DNA from: the human T2T-CHM13v2.0 reference genome, Homo sapiens
Length of the DNA stretch: 64,000 bases
NCBI RefSeq assembly: GCF_009914755.1
Contig: NC_060926.1
Strand: one strand, 5' to 3'
The notes under the pieces were generated by a model. That model made no database searches. It saw only the letters and a list, made by a program, of their open reading frames with translations, and was not told the origin of the DNA. The position numbers and the translations under genes are program-made. Shown in pieces: positions 24,291-36,300 of this stretch. Every line of letters starts with the position of its first letter. Position 1 is the stretch's first letter.

Positions 24291-25384
24291 TTCATTTATA
24301 GAATTGAGGCAAGAAAGTAGGCGTCAAGCTAGTTTCATTCATTCTTCTTTTTCATTCTTCTTTCCATTACCCTTTAGTCTCATTTCCCAGATGAACATAA
24401 CATTATAACAGATTTACACATGTACTGGTGAATGAGGCAGGTTGAATGGTCTAAATCAATTTGACCACTCCAAAATATTAAGCCAATAAGTCAATTTGGT
24501 ATTTACATTCCCAGAGTTCCTGATTTATAAAAAGTGTGGAAATATACATTAAAACTACCAGATGACTTTAAACCAAAAAGGATAAGCAATAGTTGTTTAT
24601 CCTTGTGGTCCAGAGAGTCTCGATGTTGCTTTCTCGAAAATAGAACTAAGCCTTTGTTGCTTCAGGTGACATCTTTGAACAAGGCTGCTGACTCAGTGAC
24701 CTACAACATTAGCCCTTAACAATTCATCCACTGCATGTGACCTCAGGAGAAAATTCCCGCCCTGTGTGTGGCCTTTGAGGTGAGTGATGACCCCATCTCA
24801 GTTTTTCTGGAAGATGAGACATTTCATTTTGGATGAAAGTAACTTTTGTAAACAAAAATCAGAAGGTGCAAACTCTCACCACAGATTCTGGCAGCAAATG
24901 AACCTGAAATACTTCAAAATTGAGCTCAGGGATTAGTCAAGAAAAGAGCCAAAGGTTGAGAAGCTATGTCTAAGTCATCTAGGCCTTGAGTACTTAAAAG
25001 TGAAACAGTCATGGGGTCAATTACTTGAAAAAGGAAAAACAACAAGGACTAAACTATGAATAGATATCAAGAAAGGCAAATAAAACATCGCTATTTTGAC
25101 TTCAAGAGACCAATTCTCTCTCCAAATCACAAGTGCTACTTTTTACTCAATTGATTTACTGTATTTGCTAATAGAATGCAGCACCAACTAGGGTGGACGG
25201 GGAAATGTACATTTTCTGCATAGATTCTGGGGAAAACAGAGTGACTCAGAGGCGAATGTTGCTATTTTGCCATCCTTGATCACAATTGAACATGTTGCTT
25301 ATATTTCAAGTCATTGGATCAATAATAGAAAATAAAGCTGAATATAGATTTGTCAACATATGTAACATAGAACTGAGATTTCAG

Positions 25385-25558
25385 AGTTTTACTGCCTGAG
25401 TTTGTATCCCAATTCCTTCACTTACCTGTTAGGTGACTTGGGGGAAGTAACTTCACTTTGTCTCGGTTTCCTCTTCTGTGAAATGGAGAAATAATAGCAC
25501 TTGAATCAAAAATATTTTGGTTAGAGTTTCAAAGAGATGTGTGTGAAGTTCTTAGTAA
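25385..25558 (+). mobile_element. MIR
   Basis: Core gtgacttgggggaagtaacttcactttgtctcggtttcctcttctgtgaaatggagaaataatagcac. Confidence 0.85.
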
Positions 25559-25559
25559 A

Positions 25560-26051
25560 TATACTGCATGGTAGACGCACCTGACAGCAATAACTTGACT
25601 TAAGCACACTGAGAATGACCCTGCGTGGCTGACGCACCTGAATGTGTTCCCAGTCCTGAGCTAAGGAATCTGGGAGGGGCCAACCAGGAGATCCATTCCT
25701 TACCTATGAGGAACATCTGAGCCCCAGGCCCCTGCCCTAACCGTGGAATGTAGGCCATACTGGGGATCCAGGCCCTTTGTTTTGGGTTAAATGAAGGTTG
25801 CCAGGTGGAGGTTGTTTGAGGGACGGTGTTAAGTGAAAATGCTATATAAACTATATGCTTTTTACAAGGGGTTGCTGTTCTTCTGCCCAGCCCAGTGCCA
25901 CTGGACTCTCTCCTCTGTCTGTAAGATCCCCCCCATAGACTCTCTCCCCTGTATGTAAGATCCCCCTAGTAAAACCTTGTGTCTCCTTCACTGGCTCCCC
26001 CATTGAACCTATTGCCACCCCCACTGGAGTCCATAGAGATTTAGCACAACG
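25560..26051 (+). mobile_element. Solo LTR (LTR32-like), with an internal ~34-bp tandem duplication at ~25903-25967
   Basis: gacgcacctgacagcaataactt...gagctaaggaatc...gctatataaact; duplicated gactctctcc(t/c)ctgt(c/a)tgtaagatccccc. Confidence 0.65.
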
Positions 26052-26959
26052 TACGCCAAAATGTTATTATTTTTGTAATGCTAATGTTTTTATTATTATA
26101 GAAACTATTTTATTTAATACAATTATTAATCATATTATTTACATTTATAATTTATATAACAAATATTTGTGATTATAACTAATATGATTACTATTATCAA
26201 CATTATTTCTATACCAAGCATTATTGAATCTAAAGCACCCAGATATTTCCTCTGTTTTTTACTCTGACTTCAGAGCAGCATCTGGGGATACAGCCAGATG
26301 CCTAGGGCTGAGGAAGGCAAGTCTTTTGTTACTAATAGAGAGACAGCCAGGCTGGAGCACAGAAACCTCCAGAACGCCAGTTTCCTCAGGCGCAATCATC
26401 GCCCCTCTCCCACACCCCTCACCACATGTATGGCATTCTTCTAATCTCCAAAGGCTGCTGCAGGCCCCAGCTCCTGGGGTTTATTTTGATAAATGTTTCA
26501 AGCTACAGAGTGCCAAGAAACTTGATGCCTTTGCTTTTCAAATACCAGGCCTCTACCTGAAAAAGGAATGCTTAGATCAGAGCAGAGAGATGAAAAGTTC
26601 TCAGTTAAACATGCACTGCTCTCCTTAAGCTATTGTCTGCTCTATTCCCCAACTTCGAAAAGTTGGAAGAAAAATATCTACAGATAAAGACTGCTGTAAA
26701 TCACTAGTGAAAGGTTAAATATGATTTAGCAAATGTTCATTTTATCTTGCAAAGCAGGGTTGTGATGGAACTGCCTTTGTATCTAAAGCCAATAATATTC
26801 TTGAAGAAATTTTATGTATTTTAACAAAATCATTCTGCTAAGTAACATAGCTCAAATTATTTAGTGTAGTTCTAAAGTCTTTGTACCTAACAGTCAAAAT
26901 AAGTTACACCTGGTAATTGTGAGTGTGCAAGATGTTTTTCTCCTTTGGATAGAGGAACT

Positions 26960-27165
26960 GTTTCTTGAGTACCTTCTAAGTGTCATGCATTTTACTTATA
27001 TTCTACTATAGTATTTAATACAGCAAACCTGCATTATTTTCCAGACCAGGAAACTGAGACTCAGAGAAGTTAAAAACAAAAAAAACTACTTGCCTTAAGT
27101 CATAGTGCTAACAAACAGAGGAAGCAGGGTTCAGATGCAAGTATGAGTGGTTTCAAAGCTAAACT
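26960..27165 (-). mobile_element. MIR
   Basis: aggaaactgagactcagagaagttaa...acttgccttaagtcatagtgcta. Confidence 0.8.
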
Positions 27166-27394
27166 CATTAATAAAAACTGCAAAAATGCTGACATTATTT
27201 CAATTATGGTATTATAGAAAGCTTTCATCTCACCCTATTTAACAGACCACATCTACAGCAACTTACCTATAATTTTCAACACTTTGTGCCTCTAATAGAA
27301 TTATGTATGTATGTACTTTATGTACAAAAATAGAGAGATAAAGGAATATATTTTTGAAATTTGAGAAATTATGTACTGTTCACATTGAATAATA

Positions 27395-27562
27395 AATTCT
27401 TGCTTATTTGCTTATGTATTTATTATCTTCCCCTACTATATTGGCTGCATGGGAACCAGGCCTTGTCCAACTTGGTCATTTCTATATCCTTGTTGCCTAT
27501 GATAATTCCTGCCACAGAGAAAAGGCTCAATAAATATTTCTGATTAAAGGAATGAATAAATA
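27395..27562 (+). mobile_element. L2 3' end fragment
   Basis: cctgccacagagaaaaggctcaataaatatttctgattaaaggaatgaataaat. Confidence 0.6.
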
Positions 27563-27952
27563 GTACACTTCAGATATGCCCAGGTTGACAAATTATTAGA
27601 AAATCAATTCTCGCTTTCCCTCTGGAAGTGACTGATGTGGGCAGTAGTTCCAGTACGTTGTGACATTTTTTCATTGTGGCATATGTGATAGAAAATAAAT
27701 CTCTCCTTCTGTTTTGAAAGTACCAGCAGCTATTTCACTAAGTCCAGAGAGTATTACCATTCTCTGTGATTTTGACATGACATCAAATCTATGCTGTTGA
27801 ATTCTGACCAATTCTTTGACTTGGTCAGATATCTCAGAAACTTCTGAGGAGGTTTTCCCCAAAAGTGCTTGGGTTAACAGTAACAATGGAAGCAGTGATG
27901 CTGGCATGATGTAGCACCATGTATTGCTATAGACCTGACATCAGGTTTCTCC

Positions 27953-28080
27953 TTTATTAGCTCAGTTGGTTTGAGTTTACTATAATGAGACCTAGGTCAT
28001 GGGTTCAAACCCCTGGTAGAACAATTAGCTTACATTTGTTCCTTGGACGTAGGATTAACTCTGAGCTCCAGTTAGTTCCC
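27953..28080 (+). mobile_element. tRNA-Ile(AAT)-derived relic (MamSINE1-like head)
   Basis: ttagctcagttggtttgag...taatgagacctaggtcatgggttcaaacccc aligns to tRNA-Ile; A box 27958-27969, B box 28002-28012. Confidence 0.6.
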
Positions 28081-28659
28081 TTTACTTTGGTTCTGTGCTT
28101 CAGAAAGACCAGGAGAAATCTTCACACAAAGCAAAATGGATGCCTACTAAGAGAACAGCAGGAGAATCATCTCTCTATGAAATCTCCCTAGCTCACATTC
28201 ACACTCTACAAAGAGTTATATTACTGATTCACACTTTGTGGACAATTGGTTTAACACATTTCCTAATTAGGACTATAAACAGCAAAACAATCCATAAATA
28301 AGCTTAGAAATAACCAGTTGGTTTACATAAAATTCAATATGAAAAAAATTAAGATTTCCAATGTCCAGAAGTAATCCTTGAGAATAAAACTTCTGTAAAG
28401 TATCAGCTAAGAGTTTGCCTTAATGAGAAAATAGCCATTCAAGTTAGTCTACAGATGAATACACACTTAACATAAATTTTATATATAGACTCCCAGGAAA
28501 GTATTAGTAACTTTATATGCAATAACAAGAAGACATCTCACTAAATGAGAATGTTTCAGTCCTGGAAGAGATCCATTCCAGGAGACACACAGCTGAGCAG
28601 TCTACTTTTAATTAGGATTTAATTCAATGTAAGTAAGAGCTAAAAAAGAAATTGGACCT

Positions 28660-28727
28660 GGGTCTGGTCCACAGAAAGACAGCTCCTTCTGCAGGGTCTG
28701 GTCCTCAGAAAGACAGCTCCTTCTCCA
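28660..28727. repeat. 34-bp tandem duplication
   Basis: gggtctggtcc(a/t)cagaaagacagctccttct(g/c)ca twice, 2 differences. Confidence 0.93.
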
Positions 28728-31146
28728 GAGAAAAAGTGAGGTCTTTAAAATGACTCCAGGTCACATTAGGTTGCTGAACCAAATGCCAAGTGTTCATTTA
28801 AATATAATTAGTTTTTCTTACTTTACCCTCTGGTGAATGAATGACTCCACAATTCATCAAGCAAAAAAAAAAAAAAAAAAAAAACAGAGAGAGAATGAGA
28901 ATGTTTCCTCTGGAAACCAATGTGGCCCTTCAATTTGGCCAAGCTACCTACCATCTAAGCACTGAGGGCACCCCTGCATAAATGAATATTTGGGTTGGTT
29001 TTGTTGCCAAATAAAATATCAGCTAATACTTTGGCACAGATACCGATCGAGATGGCAGGCCATGTTCTGAAAACCTAAGATGACCTTTAATATGGTACCT
29101 TTAACACAAGTTGTTCTCTTTCTTGTCATTGTTCCTTTTTTAAGGGAAACGCCTTGGTTCTCTCTTCTTCTTTCCTAGATAGTTCTACATCTTCAGTTAC
29201 AGACAGACAGGGCCAGTGCTCAGTTAAATTGTGAAGCACTCTATGTTTGTATTTGGTTCCCCCAACTTCCTCTTCTCATGCATCGGGGCCTTCCTCTATG
29301 GTCTCCCTCTCCCATTCTCTCCCCATCTTCCCTCTTACCTCCCCTTTCCCCCCTTCATTCAAATCTGCTTGCAGAAACATGTCTATATCAACTGTTTGCA
29401 CTTGAATGCAATTTCTATTTAGTTTTACCTTGCCAAAGTATTTTTAAACTTTAAGTTAAAAAGATATCTATTAAAAGATATCTACAGCAGATCAGAAAGA
29501 AGGTTTGGTTTGGATCAATTTTTGTTTTGATATGTTTTGTTTCCTAGAAGAAGCAGAAAGGTAATTTTTAAAAAGCAGAGGCTAAGTGGTGTCTCAGACC
29601 TAAGTTTGAACCCTCTCAAAGGCTTTTTATCTTCTTGAAAGGAGGGAATAATAAGTCTATGTTAAGGTGATGTTAATATTAATGAGATCATTTGTGAGAA
29701 GAGCAAAAGCACTACCTTGTGTATAAGAGGTGCAATACATATGACATGTTGTTATTATCTGAGCAGTGAGTCTCTGTTTTCTGTGAAGTAGGAAGCATGA
29801 TCATCCATTAAGAGTGAAGTACATGTAGTGAAGTAATAAAATTAAATAATTTTGAAGAATTAGAATAGCTGCTGTGGGAAATGCAAAAGGCAGATGAACA
29901 ATAACAAGTAAAATGATGCCAATGTGAAGGTCATGGCTGGGTTAGAGATCATATATTGTTAGGGACATTATTATGCAGCAGTCAGACAGCCTGGCATGGG
30001 GTCAAAGAGAGCAGGCTCTTAGCTTAGCCCAGAGTCTGAGCTGTTCCTTTTTGAAAGCCATTTGAGAGCAATTCTTGTCCACAACAGCATGGACTTAGCC
30101 CTCCACCAGGGCTAAAGAAAAACCAGCTCTGGAGTCTGGTCTATGTTGAAAGTACGCTAAATGTTCATTAAGCATGTTCCTGTCTGGGGGAGCCCAGATT
30201 CCTGACTCAGCGCCTGCTTTCTAAACAGGAAACAAAGAAACCTGGTTTGGTTATGACTGTGGAAGATTTACTTCTGAGCTCTGGAGCCCTGCTCAAGCAT
30301 TCTTTTTCCTTTCTTTCTCTTTTAGCTTAAACAAAATGGATATGATGCAGAGCATGGGACCAAGGTCATGGGTGGCTGTTTATCCTGGATCTCCTGGTCA
30401 TCTCCATCTCCATTTCTGTCATGTTACCACATTTGGCCAGAGCCTGGTTATCTTTTTCTGGAATTTAGATAGATAAGAAAGGTAGTTTCTCTGTTTATGA
30501 GGTGACCTACAGACACCAAAGCAAGCTATTCTGAAAAAAATCTCAGGACGGTTCAGTTAAACATTTTCTTTAAATGTGCTGCTGCCTTCCTTGCTCCAAT
30601 CACTGGTCCATGCAAAACCTCCTTGCTCCTTTCCCACTACCCAATGTGAGCAGATACTGCAGCTTTTCCCCAGAAGCCATCAACAGACTTCAGTAAGTAA
30701 GATGCTTCCATTTTTCACTAGTTTGAACATTAGTATAGGATATGGAGTATGATGGGGTGTTGTTTGGGGGTTTTCTTTGTATTTTTACTGCTTGGTTTAC
30801 TCTGAGCTTCTTGCATCTATTTGTAAATTTGAGAAATTCTTGGCCATTGTTTCTTTGAAAATCTCTGCTGGCTTGTTCTCTGTCTCTCTCTAAGACATGT
30901 TATCCCACATGTCTGAGATGCAATAGGGTGTTTTGTTTTGGTTTTATTTTCATTTGTTTTGTCTCGCTTTTTTTTACTTTTTTATTTCTTTTTGGGTTTC
31001 AATTTAGGTAATTTTTATTGACCTATCTTCAAGTTGACTTCAAGTTCACTGATTCTTTCCTTAGCTTGTCATATCTACTGATGAGTCTATCAAAGGTATT
31101 CTTCATCTCTGTTATTATATATTTTTTTCATTTCTATAATTTCTAG

Positions 31147-31355
31147 ATATAGATGGGCAGATCCAGGTCTTGTGGGCAACATCCAGCCAGTGGCCTGTTT
31201 TCGTAAGACTTATGCACTTAGAAGGGTTTTTACATTTTTTAGAAGTTTAAAAACACTTTAAAAAATAATAATAATATGTAACAGTTCATATGTGGCCCAC
31301 AAAGCCTAAATATTTACTGTCTGGCCCTTTAGAGAAAAAAGTTTGTCAATCTCTG
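31147..31355 (+). mobile_element. MER58 (hAT-Charlie) MITE
   Basis: tatgtggcccacaaagcctaaatatttactgtctggccctttagagaaaaaagtttgtcaatctctg. Confidence 0.85.
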
Positions 31356-32514
31356 CCATTGAGCCTTTGACATACTAATCATTGTTATTTTAAATACCCT
31401 TTTAGAGAACTACAGCATCTGTGTCAAATCTGAGTATGGTCCTGATGATTGCTTTGTCTCTTGGCAATGGGTTGTTTTTGTTTACCTTTTTCTTTCAAGA
31501 AAAACCTCTACTTTTTTTTTTGGAGAGTCTAAGTGAGACATCTTACTGAAGAGAATAGGGCTATGGTATATGCTTTTTGTGAGTAGAAATGGACATGTCT
31601 TTACTTTTCCTAAGCCTTTAGTGCAGGAGGTTGAATTAATCTGGTCAGAAATTATGCTTCAGTTTGTTGTTGCTATGGTTACCCGCAGTGCACCACAAGC
31701 CTCAAATTTCTCTGATGATACTCTGGGTTTGAGGTGCAAGCTGGCATGCCAGAGGATTTTTCCCAATGTTTGCTTCACTCAGCTCTAGGTCCTTCTTTTG
31801 CACTGTGCCTCACAGTGGGTGTGTCTCATGCTTTTGAAACTCTCCCAGGTACATTCTACTGTTTCTTATTACTCTGTGCTTGTTGGCTTGATGGTTGGAG
31901 ACAGTGGTTTGTGAAGTCTCAGTCTTAGGCAGAAACTAAGTATCTGGGCTTCAGGGTGTGGCTTTCTCAGTGCTTGTGCTCTTACCCAAGTTGTATTTCT
32001 TGGCCTGGTACATGTGCCTTTCCCCTGCCAGGGATAGGTGACTTTTTTCTGTTCCCATCCCCCAGCTATGATGGGTTTTTACCAAGGCAATAGTGTTTGT
32101 TGACTTCCTCTCCCTCTGCCTCAAGGTTTTGTTCTCTACAAGAAATCATGAAGACAGGTACTGGTAGAGTTTCATGTCTGTCTTCAAGAGGCAGCTCTAC
32201 CTATCTCTGAGGACTGCACCTTGAGGGACATTTCTCAAGACTCTTACAAATATTTCTTCTAAGCACCTGGCGAGATACATAGAGAAAAAGCCCGCAATGG
32301 AGTGTGAACTTCCACATATTTGCAGCCTCCTGGGGCTCTACACTTTCCTGTAATTCCACATTCAGCCTCCACCAGTTTATTAAATATTACAGCTAAATTC
32401 CTATCAGCTTCTGACTGTATTTACCCCAGGCGACCAAGTGCTTGCATCCCATCTCACCCAACAGGAGCAAGTCTATGTTTAGATTTCATAATACTCAGTT
32501 GCTCTGAAACCTCA

Positions 32515-32890
<376 letters not shown>

Positions 32891-35800
32891 AAAGAGTAGG
32901 AATGATACTCAACCTAGCTCTCTACATCCCTGAGTGGAAACCAAAAGTTCAAATGCCTCACTTGTTGAGATTGCATCTTTGGACAATGTCACAAGTTGAC
33001 AAAGATCAGAGAAGTGCTAGGGTCTTGAGGGGCATAGGCAAAGGCTATGTTGCATGTTGGGCAGAAGAGCCCTGTCTTACTTGGTCCTATAAGTGAGTAA
33101 GATTCTCTGATGGGAGGGGCCTGATCATTCCATGGGGTCAGGGACTGACCACAGGAAAATTACAGGATGAACACAGAGAAGGAGCCAAAGAAGTTGAAAC
33201 TGCTGTTAAGGGTGATGCTGGGTAATAGATAATGGGATCCTAAGTAAATGAGTATATGAAACCAAAGATGGTTCATAGGTTGAGAGAAAAATGAAAGGAT
33301 CATAACCTTAGGGGTTCAGTAAAGTCAAGAAGCAGGTTCACTGGAACTAAAAAATGAGAGAGAAATGATGTCAGCAAGATGGCTGACTAGAATCCCCTAG
33401 TACTCATCCCCCCCAACAAAGACAGCAAAACGGTGAATAAACAACTAAAGTTTAATAAAAATAACTAAAGGAAAATGTCAAAGCACATTTAAAAAAAGTA
33501 ACAGAGACTCCGATGAGCACAGAAACTCAGGATAGACACATAGAGAACAGAAGGAAACACCTGGCCTCCACTACTCCATCCCTCTGCCAGGATCAGCTAA
33601 GAACCAGAAGAAACTTCTCCTTATGAGGAAAAGGTAGGCAAGACAATCCCAGCATCCCCCAGCAACACCTTGGGCACCTACTGTCCTCACCCCTAGGGTC
33701 CCCTACAGTCCTCACAGGCACTAAGCCTGACTGAGAGAACTGCCTGGAGTCCACACAACTGTGTTCCCCTCAGAGAAGGAGCTGACACTATACCCTGCCC
33801 CCTGTAGCCTGTACAACTACTGCTCTGAAATTACTGCTGCAGCGTGTCTTTCCAGGGGGAGAAGGTAATAGCCATGACACCCCTTCATGCCAGAGGCTAA
33901 GCCACTGCTGAACCACTCCTGCCCAGTAGCCAACATCCCCAAGCTGAGCTGCTAACTGTTATGCCTTTTCCTATGTGGCCAAGCAGCAGTGGAGTCACTC
34001 CACCTATGCCTTCCCAAACTCCTCAGACTGGAGCTGAAGATATGAACTCCTTTCCAGGCTAACAGTGCTTTCACAGAACAGCTTATCTACCACTCCCAGT
34101 GGCTGCTCTGCCCTGCCCCTAGGGACCTAAGCTGAAGTACTGCCTCCCAAGGAAACTGCCTTGGCACAGAGCTGCCACATCTACTCTCCTAGTTGCTGCT
34201 ATGTCCTGCCCCTTGGAGCTTGAGCTAAAGCTGCACACTCCAACCTGAGGAAACAGTATTTTGGCAAAACCACTCCATCTACATTTCCCAGTCCAGCTGT
34301 CCCCTGCCCCCTATGCTGCATCCCACCCCCTTCAGCTGAAGCTGAAGCAGTACATTCCCTCCTGGGGAAACAGTGCGGTGGCCACCTAGGGCAGGCACTC
34401 TTGCCCAGTGCCTAAGTTAAAGCAGCAACCTACCTCCCAGAAAAAGGTTCTTTGGCCACCCAGAGTGGTCATGTACCATAGTACTAAAGCTGAAGTAGCT
34501 TCCTATATCCCAGGGCTGAGCTAATGTAGTAGCCGACATCACAGAGAAACACAGCAGTGGCTGAGCTGAGACACCCCACCCTATAGGCCAAACAATTCTA
34601 GTACCCTGCTTTCCTGTGGTTGGACTAGCCCCCTAGAGTCTCACCTGCTGAGACAATACTCTCCACAGAGAGTTGAGTCATAGTTGTGCTGCTCCCTGCC
34701 CCCACCCCAGGGCCCAAACAACTGTGCTCCACCATTCTAATTGCTGCTGTTCCACCTGGACTCACAGAGTCTGGAATAGTGCCACGCCACATCATCTCAG
34801 GGTCTAGAGCCACCACTACATGATGCCTTTTCCCTTGGGACCTGAGTTGTCACTGAGCCCCATTGGCTCAGGTTTCCAAATTGCAGCCATGCACTGTTCC
34901 TTGGGCTCAAACCTCCAGATCAACCCTTCCTCCCTAGCATCACGCCAGTGCTATGCTCTGTCTCCCAATAATAGAGTCAGAGCTGCAACTCAGCCCTGGG
35001 ACTGAGCTGCTAATGGGTATCTTAGAGTCACAGATCCTGGCCCTGTGGGCAACCTACACCAAACCCAGCTACAGAGAGCAAATATGCCCCAAGACCCAGG
35101 TGTCACAATAAGTTTGTTGAGACTCTGAGCCTAGAACCCTGGCCCCACAGCCTTTCCAAGCACCCTGTACCTGGAAACCAGCACCACTGCAGCTACTTGT
35201 AGGCTGTGTCACACCTGACACCAAGAAGGATCCCTTTGGGTAAGTCTATTTATTGTGGAAAAAACAAGAAGAGGAGGACCCCAAAATACTTTACCACCTA
35301 GGACATCAACAGCCAGTGCCACTGCCACTGCCACTGCCACAAACTTCTATGGCCTAGGCCCCTGAGACATCCACAATTATTGCTGACATTGAACACAGCT
35401 GAAGATATGGCACAGAGATTATACCACTGCAACTACCCCAAAACAGAGTCACCAGACCCTTCCCAACTGGCACACTAAGACCTAACTGCAAGTGAAAGTC
35501 TTTCTCTGCAAAAGCCACTCTAGAAAGTTTGGAAGAGGAGATTATTCCACCAGATGCATAGGCCTCAATGCAGGGACACAAGAAACATGAAAAACCAAGG
35601 CAATATGACACGAACAAAGGAATGTAATAACTCTCTAATAACAGACCCGCATAAAATGGAAATCAATGAATTGTCAGAAAAGAAATTCAAAATAACAATC
35701 TTGAGAAAACTCAACAATATACAAGAAAATACAGATAGACAATTCTATAGAATCAGAAAAACATTTTATGATATGAATAAAAAAATCAACAAAGAGATAT

Positions 35801-35955
35801 ATATAAAAAAGAATCAAACAAAAATTTTGCAGCTGAAGAATTCAGTGAACAAAATAAAAAATACAACAGAGAGCTTCAATGGCAGATTTGATTGCAGAAA
35901 AAAAGAGTCTCTGAGTTTGAAGACAGGTCATTTGAAATTACCCAGTCAGAGCTTA

Positions 35956-36300
<345 letters not shown>

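Noticed and set aside
26224-26628. 134-aa ORF in unique sequence (also 52211-52597 and 60967-61302)
   Set aside because: No recognisable domain, two of the three lack an ATG start, and the lengths are expected by chance in 64 kb
27953-28025. Functional tRNA gene
   Set aside because: Acceptor and anticodon stems do not pair; it is a decayed relic
29160-30700. Possible exons: pyrimidine-tract acceptors near 29178, 30325 and 30673, and a donor gtaagt at 30693
   Set aside because: Splice-like motifs only, with no coherent reading frame; cannot be supported without RNA data
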